64,000 bases of DNA from Balanoglossus misakiensis (GCA_040954595.2 CM082598.2:1302001-1366000); one strand, 5' to 3'. Shown: positions 22,762-36,800, counted from the first letter of the stretch. Numbers and translations are program-made. The notes: generated by a model from the letters alone, not told the origin.

Positions 22762-23946
22762 ATGAACGGGAGCCACGATCACAGTTATCTGGACAACAAC
22801 GAGTGCATCGCCGACCTTCGAGCTCGCAACGTCAGCCCGATAACCGGGATCTTCGGCACCGAAGAACTTCTCATCGACTCGAGGGAAGTCTTGCTGACGC
22901 GCATTATCCCAGCAACCATAACATGTCCGTTTGGTATTCTCCTAAACTGCCTGTTCCTCTATGTAGTTATAAGGGTGCGGGCCATGCATACCTTGACAAC
23001 CATGTATCTCTCCAACCTGGCTGTCGCAGATTGTATGTTCTTGGTCATCTACTACCTCCAAGCAGTTGGTGAACCCGCATCATCTGATATCATTCACGAC
23101 AAAACGTACCTAGGACCGGTCGGGTGCCTTCTTGTGAACATTTTACTTGACATCACACTGTTCGTCTCAGAATTCAGCATCACCCTCGTCACCTTTGAGC
23201 GATACATGGCGATTTGTAAGCCGTATAAAACCCACCGCATCAGTTCGAAGTCGAGGACAGTAAAACTGATCATCTTAACGTGGGTGGTCGGACTTATTTT
23301 TTCCACGCCGATAATCTATTTCTATACCAATTGGTCCAAAGTGTGCGTCGTGTGGGCGGGCCCTGTCAATGAGACTTCTCACTTGCCTACATCGTACTCG
23401 AACTGTTGGAGACACATCACGACCCCTCTGGAAGGAGCCTTGTTCACTTTTCCGCCTCTGATCGCCTTCTTTACCGTTCTCGCCGCCATTATCGTTTTCA
23501 ACACGCTCACCGTTGGAGAGCTACGCCGCGGAGTCAAACAGTACAGGATTAACGCTCCTGATTTGAAAGCAAGACTTTATCAGCAGAGACAGATTGTCGT
23601 CATGTTAGCCGTCACTGCCGGGGTATTTTTTGTCTGCCTGTTTCCGTACCACCTGGAATTGATAATCATTTTTGTGAACTCGGTACGCGGTAAGGAAATT
23701 ATAGTTTGGCCGAGAAGTTGGAAAGAATTGGTTCGTTGGCTGCCGTTGGTCAGTTCGACAGTGAACCCTATCATATACGGAATTCTGAACAAAAATTGTC
23801 GGTTGGCTTTTCAAAAGACCCTTCTCTGTTGGAAGCGTCCCCATCGGAGTGAAAAATACAGAATGTACAAACTAGCCTCAAGTTCGACCATGACCACAAC
23901 TCTCAGAAAAGAATCGGCAATATCTCATTCTGAAAGAATTGATTGA
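22762..23946 (+). CDS. Intronless class A (rhodopsin-like) GPCR, peptide-receptor-like (TRHR/GHSR/NMUR-like group)
   Basis: 394 aa with seven hydrophobic segments; NLAVAD (TM2), ERY (TM3), W in TM4, FFVCLFP (TM6), NPIIY (TM7); N-glycosylation sequons in the N-terminus. Confidence 0.9.
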   Translation: MNGSHDHSYLDNNECIADLRARNVSPITGIFGTEELLIDSREVLLTRIIPATITCPFGILLNCLFLYVVIRVRAMHTLTTMYLSNLAVADCMFLVIYYLQAVGEPASSDIIHDKTYLGPVGCLLVNILLDITLFVSEFSITLVTFERYMAICKPYKTHRISSKSRTVKLIILTWVVGLIFSTPIIYFYTNWSKVCVVWAGPVNETSHLPTSYSNCWRHITTPLEGALFTFPPLIAFFTVLAAIIVFNTLTVGELRRGVKQYRINAPDLKARLYQQRQIVVMLAVTAGVFFVCLFPYHLELIIIFVNSVRGKEIIVWPRSWKELVRWLPLVSSTVNPIIYGILNKNCRLAFQKTLLCWKRPHRSEKYRMYKLASSSTMTTTLRKESAISHSERID

Positions 23947-26177
23947 GAGCAACGACACGCAAGAATCGGCAAAACTCGGAAGTGGTAGAACGGTAGCAAT
24001 GTGAACCTCGGCGCGGCGATGGATTCAACAACCGGACAAAGATGATGACTTTCGCGGGGAATGTGACCAGCTTACCGGTGTCGCCGTATTGTCCCAGTTC
24101 GGGTCTCCGTTGACATGGTGTAGTGCGGGCATAGATTGGCATTCTAGTTATTTGCCAAGCGGTTGACAAATACAACGCGTGCACTCTAGATGTTTTTCAT
24201 CGCACACAGGTGACGTCAACATAGCTTGGTAACTAGACGCAGACAAGTTGTCGTGACCAAAACCACGATACGATAATATTTCGCCGTTCAATATCACGTC
24301 TTTGTCGCAAAACCAACAGAAATAATAGTCATCAAAAAGTCACCAAAACTTCACGAAGCAATTTGAAAACTAGTGAAACAATTTTTATTTCTTTGAGAAC
24401 TGGATTATTATGGTGGCGTAGAACTATCCCAACCAGAGGCAGAATGTGTATATAACTTTAATATTTATCACCACAACACAAAATATGAATAACAGTGAAG
24501 TCTACTACATAAGACAATTTCTCTGTTTCAAAAGACTTGTCTTGATTTTATTTATTATAGTTAGCTTACCAATGGAGTGTTTTGAGTAACGCCAAGTTTC
24601 TTGAGATTCGAATATAATCATGGGCTGAGCGTCGGGTTCGGTTTTTAAGTCTTAGTCGTGGTGAACTTAATCCACTGTCCCAATCCCTGCTTCCTGCATG
24701 AGTACTTATTGGCATTTTATATTTAATGGCGTTAGTCCTTTGGTTTTTACTGAAATATTTATTGATATCTTTGTTTCTGTTTGCCTGTAGATAAACATGA
24801 TTAATAACCCGTTTCTGTAATATTAAAGTCAAATATACATTGGCATATATTTGCAGTGCTTGCTAAGTTTTATCAGATTTAAGGGTCATTAATTCTGTGG
24901 CATAAACACACAAAGACACAGAGAGAAAATGGTAGAGTAGGCCTATAAAGTGCGCATGCGTTATGTGACAGATTGAAATAACACAATGGCAAAAAATAGA
25001 TTCTTAATTAACGCTCCAGCATTATGGTATTAATGATATACGTGCTATTGTTTGCTTTCGGATTGTTTTCTCCAATGGAGACAATTTGTGAAAGGGGATA
25101 GATAACTAGCACCACCACATCGTGTGCAGAAATAGGGTATGTATTATTTGTTCGATTTCTGCTTTGTGTATAATTGTGACTTACAAGTGGTGCAGTGGCA
25201 GACGACAATGGTGGTTGAAAACTTTTATGGTAAAAACATCAGCGAAACTGCTGTCCCTCAGGGACGACATGAATTATTATATGGCTTATATAATTACCGC
25301 ATGTTGATGTTCTAACGGTTATTATAATTACGCTATCTACGCTATTAAGGCACAAGTTATCGCTAGAAGATGAATTAGATGTGTAATAGTTTAGGCGACG
25401 AACAATAAATATCGGTGGCGTTTTCGATGCACGACTGTGCCATACAAAATATTCAGCTACAGTATATACGTAACATTATAAAACAAAAATCTACCCTCAC
25501 ATTGTAAAAAATAACCCACTACCACGGAAAGAGTAAACACAACGTATGTTTATCTATGTGAATATATAATATCATGGTTGAATATTTGATCATCTTGACA
25601 AACGGCGCCAAACAAGCAGAACGAACAACAGCTGTTTATGACAATTATGAAAAGAGCTATTCATGGTCTGTGTTTACAGCTCATATGATAAATTCACGAC
25701 AAAAGTTATATAACTAAGCGAGTGTTTATATATGTAGCTTCAATGCTGACATCTCCACAAGTTTCCTGGTATGCCCAAATGGATATAGAGCCCTGCAGCA
25801 TTTCGAAATGATGTCGTTTGTCAACTAAATATAAGGAGAATATTGTAGTACTTTACTGATAAAAAATATTTTGATAGTGGCAGATATTGGTGCTTTAAAT
25901 TTAGGTTTGCTTCAAGCCGGTACGGTGTTCGCGCATTTCAGTTGGGGCATCATCGACACATGTGAACTTGCAAAAATAAATGTTCCTTGCGGACGACCCT
26001 CACTGGTGAACTTATGGTCATTTTCATTGCAATTTACGATAATATAGCATGCAATGGCGACTAAATGTGCAAGTGCCGTCCCCGGACTTGCAAAACACAT
26101 TTATCACCATGGTTTTTATCACAGCGCCCCAGGGCAGAATGATTCCAAGATCGTTAGCGGCAAACTGAAACGAAACC

Positions 26178-27282
26178 ATGAACCGTCTCACTGTGCTATG
26201 TGTTGGTAAGTGCATGATAGCAATAAAGTATAGTAGCGATAATTTATGGCCATTTTCAAAACGATTAAAGAAGAAGAATCATAATGAAACCTCAGCCTTT
26301 TCTGCTCGAGGACATCAAGGTATAACCCTGATACATAGTACGCATGTTTGGACTATTTAAGCTTAAAATTGATTGATAATGGCTGTCAAAGTTTGTCTGT
26401 TCAAAGTTTCCTATTCCTTTTCAATCGCCGCAATTTTTTCCCGGTTCTTCATAATTTATCTGACACCTTGCATTGGTTGGTGTGATTTTCCCCTCTCTAC
26501 CATCATTTCAACCGAACTTCTCCCTTCTCTGTTCACAATATAGTTGCAATGGTGGTCCATGTTAGTTCTTTGAGCTGTTACGTGTGCGTCGATCCAGACG
26601 GTAGTTCGACAAACTGTCAGTATGGTTTCCAGAACGGATCTGTCTACCAGTTCGAGTGCGAAAGTACCCCTCTCCTGACTTTCGCTAATCCTGTGTGTTA
26701 TGTAAGTAAACGTTCGTCGTAGGCCTACAGTCAACAACCAATTTCCTGTCAAATATGACCACTATCAGAAAATGGAAGTTCGGCTAAATAGGCTAGCTGG
26801 CAAAATCTCCAATTCCTCAGCTGAAAATAACACTGTTGCTAGTAGGCCTATCCTTTCGTTGTTTGTTCGAAGTCTATCTACATGAATTGCACATTTCCAC
26901 GATTTTCCCTATCGACAGGTGAGTCGAAGCATGTACTACATGTTTGTTGACCAGTTTGCACGAGGATGCATCGACAAAACATTCTGCTGGGAAGGTTGTA
27001 GGAGGCAATATCCCGGTGAGAACTCTACCTTATTACATATTTCAGCTTCTTTTCGATTACATAGGAAATCATTATCAAGTTTGGACACGATATATTTTCA
27101 TTGTTTTTTGTAAAAAATATACCCATCGTTCTTCTGCAGGGATTGTGTGCATGGACTGCTGTGACTCGGATTTTTGCAATACAAGTAACCATGGAGACAG
27201 GTCAAGACCCAGCCAGGTCATGATCACCGCTGCTTTGGTTGTCACGCTGTTCACAATTTGGTTGTCACGGTGGTGGGAGTAG
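26178..27282 (+). CDS. Ly6/uPAR (three-finger) domain protein, secreted and probably GPI-anchored
   Basis: Exons 26178-26205, 26544-26701, 26919-27015, 27140-27282 in phase. Signal peptide MNRLTVLCVVAMVVHVSS, then LSCYVC...CCDSDFCN and a hydrophobic C-terminal tail. Confidence 0.85.
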
Positions 27283-28552
27283 GGCAAAGTCTTGTCTGCC
27301 TCCCAGTGATAACAACAACGTACATCTTGCTGGTATGGTAGTAAATACAAATTGAAAGTGTTTTGAATGATCAATCGTCCGGAAGGCGCGCGCGCTGTTT
27401 ACCTGGTACCTCAGGTGACCTGCCTTCTCATTCAAATATACCTCCGCCATGAACATGAAGTCCTTTACAAAATCACGGATCTTACGCACTAAAAGACCTA
27501 AATTTGTGATAGAAAAACATTAGTATTATGTGACTAGTTAAAATGTGCAATATAAGATGATATAGTTTCCATATGATAAATAATATACTCAAATGAATTC
27601 GCGGACCGATATATGTTGTCTCTGTTACAAGTCGTATATGACCAGAGGCTGTGAATGGAAGCAGGGCGTCTGTACTCTGGGCACCGTACTCCTCACGGGA
27701 TCTGATATCATCAGATCAGTCCAGACCCCTGTTTTCCAAATTCGGGTTTTTTCCTGGTCATTAGACATAGCTCTCTCATTTTGCTCAACAAATTTAAGTT
27801 TTCCGATGCTGGATGTTGGGTTTAGACTTCTTTGATTTTCCTCGTCTAAAAATAGAATCTGTGTGGGCACCTGCACCGTATGCGTGACCTGACGTCGTCA
27901 GCGGATCAGCACAGACCGCTGTTGTGGTTTTCAGTGTGAAAAAAAATGAAGCTCCATTGACTACATTGGCTAGGAGAAATTGTTTATTATTTTGGCTTTA
28001 GGTCAAATGGGCTACAAAACTTCCTAGTAGGGGGGGGGGGGGGTGAATATCAGGTGTACCAGTGGATACTGTACGTAGCTGTCAATGACCTTTCACACAG
28101 CAGGTACAGCTGGGGGTAACTTTTCGTGGTATTCTCTGGGGATTACACCTGACTACATGAAAAGATTTCAACACTTGCTGCCATGGCATTTATTGCACAA
28201 ACACATCTGCTATTCCAAAGCTACATTTATAACTGGAACCACTTAAAGCAAATGAAAATATGTAAATATCGAACGTAAAATGCTGAATTGAAATAATACA
28301 ATGCAGAAAAAAAGATGGTTACATTTTTACATTATAGGCTCCACTTGAATAATCCCCTAAAGCATTGTAGAAATATCAAGGTGCATATTGTTTTAGACAA
28401 AAGGCTTGAACTGTTAAAAATAATCATTTTGTGATAGTTTGGACTTGCATTCTCTTGTGGGATACTGCAGCATTTGTAAGAAACTGGAATAACAAGGTGC
28501 AGAGAGAGAGAGGTTCTGTGAAATTCCCACAAGAAATTGCAGTCTTTCCCTG

Positions 28553-28732
28553 TTAAGGTATACAGTCACCTCCAATTTACATCTCCCATATATGTCTGAA
28601 ATGGCGTATTTGTGCGTTCTATGGTGGCGCTCTTTTTCGCATGTGCCATCCACTGAAAATCTATGATTGGCTAGATCTCATTTTGCCATGGTAACTATAG
28701 CTAATTTTGCACAGGTGACCGTATACCTTTAA
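28553..28732. mobile_element. TTAA-flanked MITE (Kolobok-like ends), family 1
   Basis: TTAA-GGTATACAGTCACCT ... AGGTGACCGTATACC-T-TTAA. A diverged partial copy lies at ~37834-37960. Confidence 0.65.
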
Positions 28733-29720
28733 CCTGGCTTGAAAGGAAATTGGGGGAAAATATCAAAAAATATGTTTGAAAAAAAATGCAAGCAGTGCAT
28801 TAACATGAAAAAAATATTTTTAAAGGCAGTAATGAGCTGTAATAAGTAGCAAGTTTTTAAGCAGCATTTTCACCAATGTTGAAAAAAACATTTTGATCAT
28901 CAAGCTATATTACACACACAAATTTCATAGTTGCCATATTTATGATTTCAGTAATTGACTATTTTTTTTAAATTTTGACAAAAGAGGAAGTTGTTTGTTT
29001 TGAATTCGAATACTGGACATTTCAATGTGACTTTGAAAGTGGATAAAGAAACTGGAATAAAAAGATACTGAAAATAGGTTAATTGAAGTGTGTCTCTAAG
29101 TTCGCCATTTTCAAACTAATATTGAAATTACAGCTATTTATGTTTAAAATGCCCTCTACTTTTCAATAATTTTCCATACAATTACGGATACACATTGCAT
29201 CACTAGAATTCAAAATCTTTTCAGCTCCAAACTAAAATTCTTGTACAATTTAAAATTGATGAAAGACTTGTTTGCTAAAAGTTGCACAAAAAGTTGAAGC
29301 ATATATGTACACAATTTTTCATGAAAAACTAGAAATAAAACATGCTTTTAAAAAAAGATGCACCATCAAAAATCAGATGATTGAGCACAAAATGTTTAAA
29401 TTTTACAGCAGCTTTCAAAGGTTCTATATTCAGTCTCTTCTACATATCCTCAAATTTTCCAATTTAAAACAACATATATTTACACCAAAAATTATTTTTA
29501 ATAAGAAAAGACCTAAAAATAATCTATAATTCTATATAATCAACAAGGCATTAAAAGTCAATTTACATGCTCCTTGAAGAGAACGTAGTACTGAAAGATA
29601 TCTGGAAGAAGAAAAGAAAAAATATCTTGATTTAAAAAAATGTGTGCTACGTATGAGGCATCCTACCTTAAAGACAAATATTTTGTTTTATGAAAATGTG
29701 CATCACGAACTAAAGTGTAT

Positions 29721-29963
29721 TTAAAGGGAAGGGGTCGTCGCGCCGCGTGGGTGTCCCCCTCAATGAGAATATGTCCTCCCATACCAGCACAAACCCCACT
29801 GCAGTCGCCACGACTTACTGGGATCTTCAGTTGCTGTCATGCCCAGTCTACGCTACGGTTCGCTTCTTCGTTCTTTCTAAGAATTATCTAATTTCAGGGA
29901 TTTGTGGATGAATTGTAATGTTTATAAACAAACAAACGTGGCGCGACGACCCCTTCACTTTAA
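29721..29963. mobile_element. TTAA-flanked MITE (Kolobok-like ends), family 2, 235 bp
   Basis: TTAA + AGGGAAGGGGTCGTCGCGCCGCGT ... ACGTGGCGCGACGACCCCTTCACT + TTAA; 24-bp TIRs with 2 mismatches. Confidence 0.8.
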
Positions 29964-30831
29964 AGGTCATCAGCATTTGTGCCTCCATCATATACATACA
30001 AACTGCATTGACAATCCGAATGAAGGGCAAAGCAGCATAGCTCAGGGTATAGAAGGAGATGGAAAAAACTAACATCAAAATTTACACCTACTGTCCCTTT
30101 GAAAGTTTGGAGAAAACCAATTCATTGGTCGATTTTCCACAAATACAAGTAACGCACTGGAATTTTGTATAAAAAAGTTGCTAGTTCTCGAAATTCATGA
30201 AACAAGACGGGAACAATGCATATTCACAATACACCAAATATTATATCTACTCATGGTCACTCCATTTGTGGAGAACCGGTGATCTACTACATGTATATTG
30301 GTTGGACTTCAATCTATTTTAGATTGGATCTATCTAAGTTATATTTACATGTACGTTTGCATCATCACAGTTTTACTGTACATGATGACCTTGAGAAACT
30401 GCTGTTCTTTTTTAGTTGGGAAGTAGGGTGTGGGAAGCAGTGACTTTTTCTAGAAAGTGGAAAACCTTAAAACTAGTTTTGTTTCTGTGATAGGCTTTCA
30501 GAGAAGTAAGACAAGATAAAGATGGACAAAATTGTCTTTGTGATTGATATAAGTACCCTATCTGCTACACTGTGGCAACCTGGCCAACTTACGCTTCGGC
30601 CTGTGAAAGACGTTTTTTGATGTATGCCCTCAATGTTCAAAATAATATAGTCCTTTGTTCTTGGGATGGTTGATGATATCAAGTTCAAATGCTTTGCACT
30701 GCAATATAACTTTGTCTCTGCCTGAGAATGATTTAATAAAAAAACTTTGATAAGGTTTTTGCTTTGGGAGACTGTTCGAGCTAACAACCCATGTGATGGT
30801 GTGACTGTCAGTTCTGACTTTCTGTTTTTAA

Positions 30832-33800
30832 TCAGCATTTTGTTTCTTTTAATGTGTCGTACTCTTCAAGTTCTAAGTGACATTTTACATTTGGCGTCGA
30901 TGTCATGAACGTCCTGCCATGATCATCGTAATCAGACGTCAAGCGATCCGTCTCTTTTGGTTCATTCTCTTTGCTGATGGGGCTGAAGACTCCGTCATCA
31001 AAGTCGACATCCATCGCCAACGGAAGGTATTCTGTGTATCCTCTTCCGAGTGTCGGAGCTGGGGAAATTGGGAGTGAGGAAGTTGATGTCATATCTGTGG
31101 AGAAACAAATGAAAATCAATGAGAAAGCTATCCATGAAAATCAATGAGATATCAGTAAAACCTGTCCTTACAGACAACGTACTCTCCAGTCAGACCACCT
31201 CTCTGTTTAAGGACAGATTTTTCAAGACAAAAGTCTTAGTTTGAATTGAATATTACCTGTCTATTTAAGGACACCTCTCTATTTAGAACACATTTTCTGG
31301 TCCCACAGGTGTCCTTACAAGTCATTTTTAACCTGTCTATGCAGAGAAAGTGGCACTCAATATTATAAAATCAATGATGAACACTCATCTCTTTGTATAG
31401 AGGTGCTAACATGGCTCAGTCATACTTAACACGATTCCTTCTATAAGATGATTTTGTGTCATAGATTGGTCTTTACACCTTCCTATATGTCATGCACTAC
31501 AACATACATGCTATTTAATTATTTAAAGACCCATTGGTGCCAGTTTCTTCCTTCAACAGGATATTAAATTCTACTCACAATGCTTCAAAATTACACCTTG
31601 GTAATATCAGAAATGTTTTACCAAAATCCCATTCATTAAAATAGTTAGCCTGGTCTCCATACCCAGTGTGTTTTAGATAGACTCACACACATGGTCTATC
31701 TACCGGTAAAACACACTGGATATTTTAGGCTATAAAATAGTATATATTCTGTCGCTACTATAAGGGAGTTTACAAAAGGTGTTTCTTTCATATGGGTGTG
31801 TCTACTACTGACACAAGAAGGCAGTATCTATTCATGTCACATGGAGGTGCACATCACTTCATGCATGGGATAGGTAGACTAGTAACTTTAACCAGGACAG
31901 AGCTACAACCATGTACGATATGAGTGACAGAATGTTTCTATAATACCATCGATTTGAGAGGAAATATTCTACACTAGCTCACAAAGAGATAAAACAACCT
32001 ACCAAGTTGAGGTGTTTGTGGCTTGTATAAATCCTCTATAAACTGAACAACTGGTGGGTTTAGATGGCAAATAAGGCAGCGATAAAAAAAAGTGGCAAAA
32101 TGGAAAAATTTGAACGAAAGTTATATTAGTGCCATATTAAGCTTAACATGAAACCAAAGCACAGCAAAGTGTAGGTCTTGTGAATAAGCAAAGAGTTTCT
32201 TCGTCATCTCAACAAAGACAGATCTGGGAGATTCAAATTCAAAGGTTATACTACAGTAAGCTTCTTGTTCAAGACAGCATTAAAGAATATACCAGTATTG
32301 CGATTCCTACTTGTGTAACTTTTTAAGAGAATTCAAATCAACTTGTTTTGGGAGATGACAAACAAAGGACAACTCTCTGCTTGCACACAGTCGACCATGA
32401 CAATGAAGAATGCTAAAAACTCAGGAAAATATCCATGGCGATGAATGAAACATAAGTCGGCCATTTTTATTAGTAATAAGTAGCAACAATGTGCTTGTTG
32501 TACATAGAAAGTAATCATAGACTTCAAAAACCCACAAACAGCACACCTGTGAATTGCGTTAAGCAAAGATAAGCAAAACAGCTCTCAGCTCAGTGTGAAA
32601 AAATTAAAGTGGCCGGAAGATTTTAATATTCGGCCAAGAATTAAAAAAAAATGAAGCTTCAACAATATTGAAACACAAACATGCAGCAGCCTGTTTCGAC
32701 CCGTTGTTTGATCTCATCACGAAATGACGAATAAAAATAGTGGTTTCATCTCATAGAAAGAAAAGCAACCAATCCCATTAGGTGTCTCATGGCATTTACA
32801 GAATACCCAACCACAATGCAGTCCTACCTTGTGGAATAAAACACTTCCGTAATTATGCTTTTTCTAGTGAGAATGGAAAATGATTTCAAACAGAATGTTT
32901 AACTTGTGTCACAAATTATGTGCAGTTTACTGTGTTAGCCCCCAAAAAACCTTCAATTAGAGATCTAAAAGTGTGTGTACATAATCACAGAAATAGTATA
33001 AATTGCTCAATTTTAATCACATGATAAGATATCCTCTGGGCTTGTTCTTTGGAACTTGGTTGTGCTGACCAAACCCTAAACCCTAGCACTGACAATAACA
33101 TGATTGCCCAATCTTATCACTGAAAACACTCAGTGAAAATAAAGTCAAAGCAGACTTTTAAGCACACCAAAATATTACCACAGACTCCTGTATCGTACTT
33201 CAAACATTATCAGTTTTTTTTAATAGAAAAGATGATTCCTTCAAGAAACAAATTCTGCGATTTTTTTGTAAAAAAATCCTACCTGATCTGAGTGTGGTAA
33301 ACCCTTTTCAAATTGGTCAAAGAACCTGTGTATTTGTAAACTGCACAAAAATGACATCATGACTCTTATTTGTATAGATGACCATACATTGTGGTATCCT
33401 TACCTTTTTGAGGATTTTCTTGGCCTAGTTTCGCTTGGTTCAGCCGTGGTGGTTTGGGTGGCGGTGACCCGACAGGCAACGGCAAACTGAGGACTTTCAT
33501 TGGGATGTCGTCTCCCGCGGTGACCACTCCGGAATCGGAGCTCTGTATCGTCTGCCGACCATCCTCCACGTACTCCATCCTTGACGGCAAACTCTTGTGC
33601 TCTTTGTGAGATGGACTGGTGTGAGACGAGAAATGAGTTGGTGTGCCCTCGATCGTGGCCAGGGTGGTGATTTGATTTCGTCCGTACGGCCCGGCCGAAA
33701 AAACTTTCCCATACGCCTCTTCTGGAGACTCAACCGGATCAACGTAATAACAGTAGCCTTCATGGCGGTATGATTTTGAATTTTTGGCATTAACGGACGA

Positions 33801-36800
33801 TTTCCGGGATTCGGAAACTACAGAGTACATGGAACTAGATGCGGATAAGCTTTCCGGTCTGGCCAGTGGCGCTCTCGTGACCCATTCACTGTTGGAGCTG
33901 CTTTCCATGTCGTTGCTGATTTCCGAGCTGTGCTTTCCCGAGTGTCTATCAGGAAAGTATTCCGGTCGCCGGTGCATGGGATGTTCGCATCCTTCCTTGT
34001 CATCATGGTTCGGAAATTCCCAACTTAGAGTTGATACAGTCCTCCTGTCTGGGTCATGATAGCCATTCCGGAGAATGTCATCACCTCTCTGGTAGTTCGA
34101 TTCAAGATTGGTCTGTGCCTGTATGGACAATTCGCTGCTGGAGGATTCTGAAGAGGTGTATTGGATGTCAAGGGCTCGTTTACCTTGTTCTGCGTGAAGT
34201 AAACACTGAAAAAAGACAAAACACACAGCAACAAAACAGAGAATTATTAAAATCGCACTATGCATGCACATCTTCCCCTTGGATTCAACCTGACCAATTA
34301 CTACAGAGACATATAGCTGAAAAAGTGAATTTTGCAGGAACTTTGCATTTTAGAATCTGCGTATTAAACCGCTTACCATATGGGTCCCATACAACACAAT
34401 TGCTTGCAAGTCAAAATAGGTGCAAAGTGTAACTGCTACAATGTACATCATGTCAAACAATGCATTGTTACTTTGTTATAAAATATATACAATGTATCAG
34501 TTGGCAGGGTCTCCCTGAACAAAATAGGAACAATTCTGATGATGTGTTTATGAACAGAAAAGTCGCACATGGGCAGTACAGATGACATTCCCCCTTTAAA
34601 TGAAATCTCAACTCACTTTCTCCAGTGCCTCCAAGACATTATGTGGCAGGTGATCATTAACCATGACAGGCGACACTAACACTTCATCAAAGCCCATGTT
34701 GTCTGCCCACAGAGCATGATATACCACAGACTTTTTCCTTTCACATCTGGGACAAGAAAGAATAGACATTAAAGTGCCATTAACTACCACTTCTAGCATG
34801 TTTTAATCAACAAACAAATTGACAAAAATCAGACAAGACCGATTTTCCACATACCCTCTTCGTACTGGGTGATTCCGGACCACATGGATGATTTTTCCGG
34901 GTGGATACAGTGGGACATGCGTGGAGAGTAATATGGATAAATCGCTGGGATGAGCGGCCACATCTACTCGAGTTGGCGACGGAGAAAAGTCGTCGTTCCC
35001 TGATGATGGCTGCATATTGACGTCCCGAATTTTGCAGCAACAGAATAACCCTCCACCGATGATGAGCCACTGAAAGAGAAAAAGAAATTGTCACTTTCTG
35101 TCTCTCTCCAGTATTCTGGTCTGAAAATAAAACTCGGCATCCTTTGAGCTTGAAATTCAATTTCTTCACAAACTAGAAAGTTAATTGAAGGCAGTGAAAA
35201 CTCAACACCTTCAATGATTCCACTCACCTTAGGATCCTGACTTCTTTTAATACACGAAATGAGATCAGATCTCATGTACTCCATCTGTGCCAGTCCGATT
35301 CTCATCACAATATCTTTGCCAACAACGACAGAGGTGATGAAATCTTTGGTGTGCTCCACAGCTGACATACTGTTAAAAAAAGATCAAACTTTTACACCGA
35401 GGACCAGGACTCTCTGTACGTCATGTTTGGATTAACATTTCATAATTAAGTCTTTTGCTTTGTTTTATTTCACCATGGCTCGATCTTAAGATCAATACCA
35501 TATACGCCTTTTTCATAAAGAGAGCGCCGTTCCAAGATGATGCGAAAACGAGGCCAGAAGGTCACAGAATAAAAACTCTATCGTCTCGTGTATTGTTGTT
35601 AAAGTTTGGACCAATGTTCGATTGGACATGTACCATCGTAGACTTATACAGTCATGTTGAGGGCAATTTTGATGATAGCAAACAAAGACTCCTATCAGAA
35701 CATATGGGAACAGAAACAGAAACCGAGGACTCTCTCTACCTCACTCACCTGAGTAAACCACCAGGGGGTGAGTAAGCGTAACAGTAAAGGGATGGAAACT
35801 CGGGTCTCAGTAAGATGGCGAGTATGGCCGCTGTGCCAGCACCAAGGGAGTGACCTACCAATACTAAGTCATAGTTGTGCGTTCCCCTGTCCTGTACATA
35901 ACAATAAGCAAGAATCAGTCAGTCACAGTATGTGATGAAAAGTTCTTTAAGACAAAACTGCACCTCAAAGAAAAACACACTATGCACCTATTCTAGTTCT
36001 TTTGGATTTCATTGTCTTACCTTATCATGTCCAAATGCTTGTGCCAGAAGAAATTCATTTTTGAGTTTTCTTTTTATGTACACGGCAGCTTCCACTATTC
36101 CCTGGAAACAAACATTTTCATAATGATGGTCATCCACCTGTTCACCTCAAAGTTTTGATAAACACCACTAGAAAATACAAGTGGCCAGACTGTAGTTCTA
36201 CTTCTAAAACCCGCAACACTAAACATCTTACCTTGTGCCCAAGCCAATCATCAGGTATACCATCTACAGGTAGAGGTGAGATATCGGCACTCAGGTCAGT
36301 CAGACAGTCTTGTAAGGACAAAGTCCCTCTGACTGAAATTACAACCTTTTTGTGTTTGTGATCTACGGCTATAAAAAAAGGTGTCTCAGAGACCTGTCAA
36401 TGAGAAAATATAACAAAATATGAATAACATTGATGATGTTTTTGTTAACAGTTTTTAACACATAGACAATTAAGGTGGTGAGAAACTTTGATAGCATGAT
36501 GAATTACTATATCTTGACTGATGAAAATTTCCACTTTGATTGCATAAAGTCTACATTTGTGAATACAGTATAGCAATTATAGTACTTATAAATTCTGGTA
36601 TTGTACTTTATATTATGCAGTGCAAATGCAAGCAATAATATGGAAGTATGTGAGCAAATGTTGTGCAGAGATAAAGTGTAGCAAAATTTTAAAAATATAA
36701 ACTTGAATTTTTATGACATTATAATATACAAGGTGTTGCAGCATTAGTAACATTATCTCGTATTTCAAGTGAAGGAAAAAGATAGTGTTAGTAGGTGTAT

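Noticed and set aside
33069-33086. Telomere-like AACCCTAAACCCTA
   Set aside because: Only two imperfect units; not distinguishable from chance or repeat debris.
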